Shown here piece after piece: positions 56,216-64,000 of a stretch of 64,000 nucleotides of DNA. The position numbers were made by a program, and so were the translations under genes. Numbering within the stretch: position 1 is the stretch's first letter; every line of letters starts with the position of its first letter. The DNA is taken from positions 32,001 to 96,000 of the forward strand of contig CAWIIV010000015.1 of assembly GCA_963836205.1 (NCBI GenBank), given 5' to 3'. The DNA is from an uncultured Acidimicrobiia bacterium (GTDB taxonomy: Bacteria > Actinomycetota > Acidimicrobiia > Acidimicrobiales > AC-14). The notes beneath the pieces are model-generated. The model was not told the DNA's origin and made no database searches. It worked only from the letters and a program-made list of their open reading frames with translations.

Positions 56216-58522
56216 ATGCACCGGTCCCATCCATACATCGGGGGCAGCCCCGCGGTCGGCCGGGCCAGACGGGCCCTGGTTCTCCTGACTATCGCCCTCG
56301 CCAGCGCCTCCGCCGTCCACGCCGTGCCGGCCACCGCCGCTCCCCAAAAGGGGGGCACCGCCGCCGACAGGCCGCCGGCGCCCGCGGCCCCGGCCCCGCC
56401 CGCGGCCGTCGACTACCGCCGGGTGACGGCACCGGCGTCCGATTTCGACCGCGTTGCCGCGACCGCCACCGCCGACGGCATCCGGGCGATCGCCAACCTG
56501 CAGGTCACCTTCACGCCCGAGGGCTACCTGGGCCCCGCCGGTGTCGCCGCCCAACGGGCCGCCATCGTCGGCGCCCGCGACGACCTCCTTCGGTCCCTCG
56601 GCGGCACCCCGTTCGTCGTCCTGCGGACCTACGAGTCGGTGCCGGCCGTCGCCCTGCGACTGACCGCGCCTGCCTTCGCCGCTCTGCGTGCGTCCGGGAA
56701 GGTGGCAGCCATCGCCGACGACGAGCCCCTCACGATGGCGCTCGACAACAGCACCGCGACGATCGAGGCCAAGGAGACCACCCAGCTCGACCGTACCGGC
56801 GCGGGCCGGGTGATCGCGGTGCTCGACACCGGGATCGAGGCGTCCCACCCGTTCCTGCAGCAGAACGGCATCGGGCCGAGCAAGGTGATCGCCGAGGCCT
56901 GCTTCCTCAGCGGCGGCTCCGGGAACGGTGGCCCCGGCGGTTGCCCGAACGGGCTGAACACCCAAGTCGGCGCCGGCGCCGGGGCGCCGTGCACGTACGT
57001 CGGCTGCGAGCACGGCACCCACGTCGCCGGCATCGCCGCCGGCCATCGCACCGCGTCCATCCCGTTCTCCGGGGTGGCTCCCGACGCCAACCTGGTGTCG
57101 ATCAGGGTGATGTACTCGGGCCAGATCACATCGCCGAGCGACCAGCAGGCCGGGCTGGGGCACGTGTACGCGCTGGCGACGACAGGTTCCAACCCACTGA
57201 AGATCGCCGCCGTCAACATCAGCATCGGTGGCTCCCTGGCCCACGCCGTCTGCGACAGCACCAACCTCTCCTACAAGCAGGCGATCGACAACCTGGAGTC
57301 GATCGGCATCCCGACGGTGATCGCCGCCGGGAACCACGGCTCGCACACCGGCGTCAGCGAGCCGGCCTGCATCTCCAGCGCGATCACCGTGGGCGCCACG
57401 CTCGTACCGACGAACGGGACCGCCGAGTCGCTCTGGGCGAGCTCGGCGTCGAGCTGGCAGGTCGACCTGTTGGCGCCCGGCGTCGACATCACCTCCTCGG
57501 TGACCGGCGGCCTCCTTTCGGCCCGGACCGGGACGTCGTCGGCGGCACCCCACGTGGCTGGTGCGTGGGCCGTCCTGAAGCAGGTCAAGCCGGTGGCCTC
57601 GGTCGCCGAGATCCTCTTCGACCTGCAATCGACGGGCAAACCCATCACCGACACGGTCTCGGGCCTGATCCGGCCCCGGGTCCGGGTTCTGGCCGGGTCG
57701 GTACTGGTTGGCGACACCGGCTTCGTCGAAGCCGAGTCCTACGCCGGTGGCGCCCAACTGGGCCTCGTCTCGAACGGGGTGGGCCTGGCCACGAGGGCCG
57801 GGGGCCCGGCGTCGGGACCCATCACGATCTCCGGCATCCCGAGCGGGTCGACCATCCAGGCCGCCTTCCTCTACTGGATGACCATCGGCGGACCTGACCC
57901 CTCGGTGATCCTGCAGGGCGTGGTCCGCACCGGCACGCTGGTCGGGGCATCCCGCAACACGTGCTGGTTCACCGTGAACCAGCAGGGGCCCAACCGGGTG
58001 TACCGGGCGGCGGTGCCGGCCTCGTCGGTGCCGGGCAACGGCAGCTACACCGTGAGCGGAGTCGGCGGGTTCGACGGCATCGACGGTCAAGGCGCGTCGC
58101 TCCTGGTGGTGTACAAGGGGCCGGTCGTCGACCCGAGGACGAAGGTGATCCGGCTGCGCCACGGCAGCATGACCGTCAACTCGCCCTACGAGTACATGGG
58201 CCACTCCTTCCAAAACCTTTCGGTGCCGGCGAACCCCGACATGGTGCAGCTCAACGTGGGTGTCGGCGACGGCGGGCCCGACCCCGAGGGCCCCCTGTGG
58301 CTGACGGCCAACACCGTGACGTCGCCCAACGCGTTCTCCGGTTCCGACGGGCCGTCGTGGGACGACCTGACGATCGCCGCGCCCGCCAACTCCCTCCAGG
58401 CGGGCTCGGTCGTCACCAGCAACTGGCTGACGGCCAGCTCCTACCAATTCGCCGACTGCCTGGCCTGGGCCTATGCGGCGTTGTCGTACCGCACCCCGGC
58501 ACCGCGCAACCAGCCCAAATAG
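56216..58522 (+). CDS. Secreted S8 subtilase with C-terminal beta domain
   Basis: VLDTG, HGTHVAG, AAGN, GTSSAAPHVAG; GAGGAG RBS; signal peptide. Confidence 0.9.
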   Translation: MHRSHPYIGGSPAVGRARRALVLLTIALASASAVHAVPATAAPQKGGTAADRPPAPAAPAPPAAVDYRRVTAPASDFDRVAATATADGIRAIANLQVTFTPEGYLGPAGVAAQRAAIVGARDDLLRSLGGTPFVVLRTYESVPAVALRLTAPAFAALRASGKVAAIADDEPLTMALDNSTATIEAKETTQLDRTGAGRVIAVLDTGIEASHPFLQQNGIGPSKVIAEACFLSGGSGNGGPGGCPNGLNTQVGAGAGAPCTYVGCEHGTHVAGIAAGHRTASIPFSGVAPDANLVSIRVMYSGQITSPSDQQAGLGHVYALATTGSNPLKIAAVNISIGGSLAHAVCDSTNLSYKQAIDNLESIGIPTVIAAGNHGSHTGVSEPACISSAITVGATLVPTNGTAESLWASSASSWQVDLLAPGVDITSSVTGGLLSARTGTSSAAPHVAGAWAVLKQVKPVASVAEILFDLQSTGKPITDTVSGLIRPRVRVLAGSVLVGDTGFVEAESYAGGAQLGLVSNGVGLATRAGGPASGPITISGIPSGSTIQAAFLYWMTIGGPDPSVILQGVVRTGTLVGASRNTCWFTVNQQGPNRVYRAAVPASSVPGNGSYTVSGVGGFDGIDGQGASLLVVYKGPVVDPRTKVIRLRHGSMTVNSPYEYMGHSFQNLSVPANPDMVQLNVGVGDGGPDPEGPLWLTANTVTSPNAFSGSDGPSWDDLTIAAPANSLQAGSVVTSNWLTASSYQFADCLAWAYAALSYRTPAPRNQPK

Positions 58523-58584
58523 CCGGCCCGACGTGCCCGGCGCCGCCACCTCCCGGCGCCGGGCCCTCGCGGTCCTCCCACTCT

Positions 58585-61068
58585 CTAGCGCAGGATCTGG
58601 CGGATGGTGCGGGCGTAGCTCTGGGCCAGGGCCCGGGACTCGGTGGCACTCGACCCCTCGGCCCACACGTGGGTCACCGGCTCGTCGGCGTCGGGCAGGA
58701 CCAGGGCCCACGCCCCGTCGCCCTCCATCACCTTCACCCCGTCGACCAGCACCACGTCGCGGTCCTTGGCCTCCTCCACCACCCGCCGCATGACCAGGCC
58801 CTTCTGCTCCCAGGGGGTGACCACGCTCTCGTGGGCGATGTGGACGCGAGGCAGGCCGGCCACCACCTTCGACAGCCGTAGCCCCGACCGGCCCAGCAGC
58901 TCGAGCAGCTTGACCAGGGCGGCGGTGGCGTCGAAGGCGGGCAGGAAGTCGGGGAAGATGAACCCACCGTCCTGGCTGGCGGCGAGGGCGATCCCTCCCG
59001 ACTTGGCCGCGTCCATGAGTGAGGCGGTGGACACCTTGGTCCACACCACCTCCGCCCCCGCGTCGGTGGCGATGCGCTCGGCGGCCGACGTCACCGACAC
59101 CGGCAGCGCGATCCGGGCGTTCTCGGTGGCGACCAGGGTGACCATGGCCAGCAGGGCCTGCTCGCTCGTGAGGATGTGGCCTTCGTCGTCGACCAGGATG
59201 ATGCGCTCGCCGTCGGGGTCGAGCACCGCCCCCAGGTGGGCGCCCGAGCTGCGCACCAGGTCGGCCACCCGTCCCGCGTGGACCTTGGCGTCGAAGGAGG
59301 CCGCCCCCGCGGTCGACGTATAGGGGTTCACCGACAACACGTCGGCCCCCAGCTTGGAGAACACGTTGGCCATCACCAGCGACGTGGGCCCGAAGGCGTA
59401 GTCCATCACCAGCTGGTAGCCGGAGGCTCGGATGACGTCGCCGTCGACATTCTCCATGAGCGCGGCGCTGTAGTACTCCAGCGCCCGGGGCGGGTAGCCG
59501 ATGTCGCCGATGTCGGCCGCGAACGCCCGCCGGAAATCCTGGCGGAAGAAGATGCGCTCGATCTTCCGTTGGGCGCTCTCGTCGATGTCGGTGCCGTCGG
59601 CGGTGAAGAAGCGGATGGTGACGGACTGGGGGTCACCCGGCGTCAGTCGCACCGTGATCCCGCCCTGCGACCGCTGGATGCGCACCTGGAACCGGCTGAC
59701 CGGGACGGTGGCCATCTCCAGGTCGTCGACGTTGATGCCGGCCGAGTTGAGCCCCGCCATAACCGCCCGCTTCAGGGCCCGGGCGGCCCGGCTCGAGTCG
59801 CGGGACGTGGTGACCGTCGACCCCTTCTTCATGGTGGTGGCGTAGGCCATGGCCACCCGGCAGGCCAGCTCGGGAGTGACGTCGACGTTGGCCAGCCCGC
59901 TCACCCCGTGCTGGCCGAACAGGCTGCGGGTGCCCCTCGACTCCCACACGATCGACGAGTTGATGATGGCGTTGGGCTCCACCGTCTTGAACGGGTAGAC
60001 CTTCACCCCCGAGTTGATGACCGCGTGCTCGCCCACGAAGCAGTTGTCGCCCAGGACCACGCCCTCCTCGCACCGGGCGTGGGCCCGCAGGTCGCACGAG
60101 CGGCCCACAACCGACCCCCGCAGGCGGACTCCCTGGCTGAGGTAGGCGTTGTCGTGCACCACCGCCCGTTCGAGGAACGTGTCGGCCCGCACCATCACGT
60201 TGGCGCCGAGGACGGTGTACTCCCGGATGTTGGCCCCCGCCTCCACCCGGCAGTAGTCGCCGATGATGGCCGGCCCCTCGATCGACGCCCCCGGGTCGAC
60301 CTCGGCCCCCTCGCCCAGCCACACCCCCTTGGCCATGCGGAACCCGGGGATCTCGATGGCCACCTTGCCCGCGAGGACGTCCTGGTGGGCCTTGTGGTAC
60401 GCCTCCAGCGTGCCCACGTCCTCCCAGTAGCCCTCGGCCACGAACCCGTAGAGGGGCTTGCCGTCCTCCAGGAGGCGTGGGAACACGTCGGACGAGAAGT
60501 CCACCGACTTGCCCTCGGGGATGTAGTCGAACACCTCCGGCTCGAGGACGTAGATACCGGTGTTGACCGTGTCGCTGAACACCTGGCCCCAGCCCGGCTT
60601 CTCGAGGAAGCGCTCGATCGACCCGTCCTCCCGGGTGATGACGATGCCGAACTCGAGCGGGTTCTCCATCGACTTGAGGGCGATGGTGGCCATCGCGCCC
60701 TTCTCCTTGTGGAACGCGACCAGGGCCGACAGGTCGATGTCGGTGAGGACGTCGCCCGAGATGACCAGGAACGTGTCGGTGAGCTCGGCCCGGGCGTTGC
60801 GCACCGACCCGGCGGTGCCCAGGGGCGTCTCCTCGGTGGCGTAGACCATGCGGACGTCGAACTCGGAGCCGTCGCCGAAGTAGGTGCGGATGGTCTGGGG
60901 GAGGAAGGCGAGGGTGACGACCACGTCGTCGAAGCCGTGCTCCTTGAGCAGGTCGACGACGTGCTCCATCATCGGCCGGTTGACCAGCGGCATGAGCGGC
61001 TTGGGCTGGTTCGACGTGAGCGGCCGCAGGCGCGTGCCCTCGCCGCCCGCCATGATGACGGCCTTCAC
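58585..61068 (-). CDS. Mannose-1-phosphate guanylyltransferase fused to phosphomannomutase-like domain
   Basis: MAGGEGTRLRPLT..PKP, PLGTAG, hexapeptide repeats, LFG..GVSG, DPDGER. Confidence 0.9.
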   Translation of the reverse strand: MKAVIMAGGEGTRLRPLTSNQPKPLMPLVNRPMMEHVVDLLKEHGFDDVVVTLAFLPQTIRTYFGDGSEFDVRMVYATEETPLGTAGSVRNARAELTDTFLVISGDVLTDIDLSALVAFHKEKGAMATIALKSMENPLEFGIVITREDGSIERFLEKPGWGQVFSDTVNTGIYVLEPEVFDYIPEGKSVDFSSDVFPRLLEDGKPLYGFVAEGYWEDVGTLEAYHKAHQDVLAGKVAIEIPGFRMAKGVWLGEGAEVDPGASIEGPAIIGDYCRVEAGANIREYTVLGANVMVRADTFLERAVVHDNAYLSQGVRLRGSVVGRSCDLRAHARCEEGVVLGDNCFVGEHAVINSGVKVYPFKTVEPNAIINSSIVWESRGTRSLFGQHGVSGLANVDVTPELACRVAMAYATTMKKGSTVTTSRDSSRAARALKRAVMAGLNSAGINVDDLEMATVPVSRFQVRIQRSQGGITVRLTPGDPQSVTIRFFTADGTDIDESAQRKIERIFFRQDFRRAFAADIGDIGYPPRALEYYSAALMENVDGDVIRASGYQLVMDYAFGPTSLVMANVFSKLGADVLSVNPYTSTAGAASFDAKVHAGRVADLVRSSGAHLGAVLDPDGERIILVDDEGHILTSEQALLAMVTLVATENARIALPVSVTSAAERIATDAGAEVVWTKVSTASLMDAAKSGGIALAASQDGGFIFPDFLPAFDATAALVKLLELLGRSGLRLSKVVAGLPRVHIAHESVVTPWEQKGLVMRRVVEEAKDRDVVLVDGVKVMEGDGAWALVLPDADEPVTHVWAEGSSATESRALAQSYARTIRQILR

Positions 61069-61655
61069 TGTGACCCCTTGCCCGCCCGCAGCGCCTGCAA
61101 CCCCTGGGGGATGTACAGGAGGAAGGCGTACCAGCCGGCGAGGAGGCCGGCCACCGAGACCGCCCACGCCACCGCATGGGCCAGGCCGTGGCCGTCGCCC
61201 AGGAGGAACAGGGGGAAGGCGATCATGAGCAGGAACGTGCCGGTCTTGCCCCACCAGTTGACGTCGATGCGCTTGGCGCCGAGCAGGCCGAGGACGAGGG
61301 CGAGCACGCCCACCGACACCTCCCGGATGATGGCCAGCCAGGCGATGAGCGGCGGCACCGCCCCGTAAATGAGGATCGAGATCACGCCCACGGCCAGGAG
61401 GATGCGGTCGGCGGTGGGGTCGAGGACCTTGCCCAGGGTCGACACCTGGTTGTACCGGCGGGCGATGAACCCGTCGACCCAGTCGGTGCAACCGAGTGCG
61501 GCGAGCAGCCACGCCGCCGCCAACCGGTTGTCGCGGCCGAAGAGGAGCCAGAGGAAGAGGGGCACGCACAGGAGGCGTCCGAAGGACAGGAGGTTGGGGA
61601 CGGTGAGAACCCGTCCGAGGTCGGGTTCCGCCTGGTTACGCCCCCCGCTGGTCAC
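61065..61655 (-). CDS. CDP-alcohol phosphatidyltransferase
   Basis: TVPNLLS, DWVDGFIARR..LGKVLDP.AD. Confidence 0.92.
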   Translation of the reverse strand: MTSGGRNQAEPDLGRVLTVPNLLSFGRLLCVPLFLWLLFGRDNRLAAAWLLAALGCTDWVDGFIARRYNQVSTLGKVLDPTADRILLAVGVISILIYGAVPPLIAWLAIIREVSVGVLALVLGLLGAKRIDVNWWGKTGTFLLMIAFPLFLLGDGHGLAHAVAWAVSVAGLLAGWYAFLLYIPQGLQALRAGKGSQ

Positions 61656-61710
61656 GGAATCGAGGCTACCGGCAGGTTTGGTCGCCTCCGACCACGGGGA
61701 CGCGTGAAGG

Positions 61711-61899
61711 ATGGAACTGCTTCTCGTCCTTCTCATCGTGCTCGTGGCGGTCGCCCTCATGCGCCGAGGCGGGCCCACCTGGTACCGCCGCGCACCCCGC
61801 CGGGTCGTCTACTACGACGACACCCCCATGGTCGACGACGACCTCACCGTCGTCGACCAGCCCGTCACCCGCCGCCGCCGCGTCATCGAAGACTTCTAA
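61711..61899 (+). CDS. Small single-TM protein
   Basis: Hydrophobic N-terminus followed by RR; 62 aa. Confidence 0.6.
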   Translation: MELLLVLLIVLVAVALMRRGGPTWYRRAPRRVVYYDDTPMVDDDLTVVDQPVTRRRRVIEDF

Positions 61900-61957
61900 C
61901 CCCACCCCGCCGACCGGGCGCCGCCCCGGTGCCGACGATTGTGAACATGTCTCGGTA

Positions 61958-62190
61958 CCCGTGGAGGGATGCTCGATGCACCCACGTCGACCACGCGGCG
62001 ACCGACTCACAGAGCGATGCGACGGCACCCCGTGGAGGGGTGGCGTGGCGATGCCGAGCCACCGGCCTGTCCGGAGCGATTGGCGCCGGCACCCCCGTGG
62101 AGGTTCGTGGCGATCGGCGATGCCACCGGCCTGTCCAGAGCGATTGGCGCCGGCACCCCCGTGGAGGGGGTGTTCGTGGCGATCGCTCGG
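61958..62190. repeat. Degenerate ~65-bp tandem repeat
   Basis: CCCGTGGAGG at 61958, 62029, 62094, 62158; units 2 and 3 nearly identical. Confidence 0.7.
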
Positions 62191-62225
62191 GACTGGGGGC
62201 GACTGGCCTGTAGGTTGCCGCGGCC

Positions 62226-62840
62226 ATGGGGGCGGATGTGGAGACCGGGTTGGTCGTGGCCGTCGTCCTCGCGGGCGGGGCCGGGCGCCGGATGGGGGGC
62301 GTCGACAAGGCCGGGATCGTCGTCGGCGGGCGGACGTTGCTCGACCGGGTCCTCTCCGCCGCCGCCGGGGTCGCGGGCCGGCTCGTCGTGGTCGGTCCGC
62401 CCCGCGCCGTTGATTTGGAGCGGGCGGTGATCTTCGTCCAGGAGGACGTCCCCGGCGGGGGGCCGGTCCCGGCGGTCGCCGCTGCGCTCGATGCCACCGG
62501 CGGCGCCTCGGTGGTGCTCGTCCTCGCCGTCGACCTGCCAATGCTGGCCACCGTCGACCTGTCGCGTCTGGTCGGCGCCCTGGTGGCGGCCGACCCATCG
62601 GTGGGGGCGGTGGCCGCGGCTGACCCGTCGGGACGGCCCAACCCGCTGCTCGCCGCCTACCGGGCCGAGGTCCTCGCCGAAATCGAGGCCTCGCCGGGCG
62701 CCGCCGCCCGGTCCCTCCTGCCGCCGACGGTGGAGGTGGTCGACCTCGGCCCCGACGCCACCCTCAACGTCAACGCCCCCGCCGATCTGGAGCGGGCCGA
62801 GGCTCGGTTGGTACCCGACCCACCCGGCGGCGCGTGCTAG
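62226..62840 (+). CDS. mobA: Molybdenum cofactor guanylyltransferase-like
   Basis: VLAGGAGRRMGGVDK, GGPV, LAVDLP, NVNAPADL. Confidence 0.8.
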   Translation: MGADVETGLVVAVVLAGGAGRRMGGVDKAGIVVGGRTLLDRVLSAAAGVAGRLVVVGPPRAVDLERAVIFVQEDVPGGGPVPAVAAALDATGGASVVLVLAVDLPMLATVDLSRLVGALVAADPSVGAVAAADPSGRPNPLLAAYRAEVLAEIEASPGAAARSLLPPTVEVVDLGPDATLNVNAPADLERAEARLVPDPPGGAC

Positions 62841-62849
62841 GCCAAGGGC

Positions 62850-63119
62850 ATGCCCGCAAGCTTCGCCGACGACTATGCCGCCGCCCTCGGTCGAGCGGCC
62901 ATGACCGACATCGGCGTCGGGCCGGCGGAGGTCGACATCCTCCTCGACCTGGCCCGTGACGTCGCCCACGGCACCGAGCGCAAGTTCGCGCCCCTGGTGT
63001 CCTACCTCGTCGGCCAATACGTCGTCGCCCGCACCCGTGACGGGGCCACCGTGCGCCAGGCGCTCGACGAGGCGGTCGACGTGGCCAACCGCCTGCTCGG
63101 TGCGAAACTTGAGCCATGA
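62850..63119 (+). CDS. DUF6457-like small protein
   Basis: LLDLARDVAH..R..APL..YLVG; next to mobA. Confidence 0.75.
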   Translation: MPASFADDYAAALGRAAMTDIGVGPAEVDILLDLARDVAHGTERKFAPLVSYLVGQYVVARTRDGATVRQALDEAVDVANRLLGAKLEP

Positions 63120-63622
63120 CCGCCACTGGTACCACAGACTTCGAGGCCCGCCGCCAGGAGCTGTGCCGGACCTTCCTCAAGCCGGAGTCGGAGCGACCGA
63201 AGAGCAACGCCCGCGGCGTGCATCACCTGGCCCTGATCTGCAGCGACGTCGAGCAGACCGTCCGCTTCTACCAGGACGTGCTCGGGTTCCCCCTGGTGGA
63301 GATGTTCGAGAACCGCGATTACCCCGGGTCGACCCACTTCTTCATGGACATCGGCAACGACAACCTGCTCGCCTTCTTCGACTTCCCCGGCCTGGGCCTG
63401 GGCCAGGCCATCGAGGCCCACGGCGGGGTGCAGCACATCGCCCTGTCGGTGAGCCAGGAGGCGTTCGACCTGCTCAAGGCCCGCCTCGACGCGGCCGGCG
63501 TGGAGTACCTCGGTCCCGACCGCGGCCTCACCCGATCGATGTACCTCAAGGACCCCGACGGCATCCAGATCGAGCTCCTGGCCGAGCCCCTCCGCATCAT
63601 GGACGACCGCTACCTCGGCTGA
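63116..63622 (+). CDS. VOC (glyoxalase) family protein
   Basis: GVHHLAL, FY..VLG, QHIAL, YLKDPDGIQIE. Confidence 0.9.
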   Translation: MTATGTTDFEARRQELCRTFLKPESERPKSNARGVHHLALICSDVEQTVRFYQDVLGFPLVEMFENRDYPGSTHFFMDIGNDNLLAFFDFPGLGLGQAIEAHGGVQHIALSVSQEAFDLLKARLDAAGVEYLGPDRGLTRSMYLKDPDGIQIELLAEPLRIMDDRYLG

Positions 63623-63630
63623 CCCAACCG

Positions 63631-63742
63631 CAACCGGTGACACTTTCGGTCGTCCTGGCCCCCAGATCCGTCACCGGTTCGACGGGCGCCCGCAGCCGGT
63701 GACACTTTCGGTCGTCCTGGCCCCCAGATCCGTCACCAGTTC
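63631..63742. repeat. Palindromic intergenic repeat, tandem copies 5 and 6
   Basis: 63631-63680 and 63693-63742; between convergent genes. Confidence 0.8.
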
Positions 63743-63765
63743 GCACGGGCCGGGCCGGGCGGGCC

Positions 63766-64000
63766 TCAGGCTCCTTCGGCCTCCAGGACCACGGCGATGC
63801 CCTGGCCGACGCCGACACACATGGTGGCCAGGCCGTAGCCGCCGCCCCGGCGGCGCAGCTCGTGGACCAGGGTGGTGACGATCCGGGCACCTGAGCAGCC
63901 GATGGGATGGCCGAGGGCGACGGCCCCGCCGTTGGGGTTGACCAGGGCGGGGTCGAGGTCGGGCCACTCGGCCAGGCAGGCCAGCACCTGGGCCGCGAAC
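63766..64000 (-). CDS. Thiolase, C-terminal part
   Basis: [22 protein letters not shown]. Confidence 0.9.
   Translation of the reverse strand, partial: FAAQVLACLAEWPDLDPALVNPNGGAVALGHPIGCSGARIVTTLVHELRRRGGGYGLATMCVGVGQGIAVVLEAEGA

Noticed and set aside
61958-62190. CRISPR array
   Set aside because: Inter-repeat sequences resemble each other, periods vary and no cas genes are present

Overview
High-GC actinobacterial (Acidimicrobiia-like) chromosomal window with about 70 real genes; most long Arg/Pro/Gly-rich ORFs in the six-frame track are shadow frames. The first ~31 kb is accessory: a MazEF-type toxin-antitoxin pair, a PadR-ABC exporter, secreted proteins, CopCD, a lipid-linked glycosylation cluster and a GH25+M15 peptidoglycan hydrolase. 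It also holds the best candidate for an undescribed system, a ~10 kb cluster at 17797-27989. That cluster has three radical SAM enzymes, a DegT-type aminotransferase, an HD/dNTPase-like phosphohydrolase, a nucleotidyltransferase and an apparently split PEP-synthase/rifampin-phosphotransferase-like kinase. The second half is mostly housekeeping (K+/H+ antiporter, ECF sigma/anti-sigma, mtnA, gcvT/PA/PB/H, hisN, hpt, FHA-MerR-BFN block, mannose-1-P guanylyltransferase, mobA, thiolase). Non-coding signals include a six-copy ~50-bp palindromic repeat family, a RAPP-motif leader ORF, DnaA-like boxes at an M23 hydrolase promoter, many leaderless promoters (possibly some with ATC starts) and several probable indel errors. 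No rRNA, tRNA, CRISPR array, integrase or transposase was recognised. All calls are from motif reading, not database searches.
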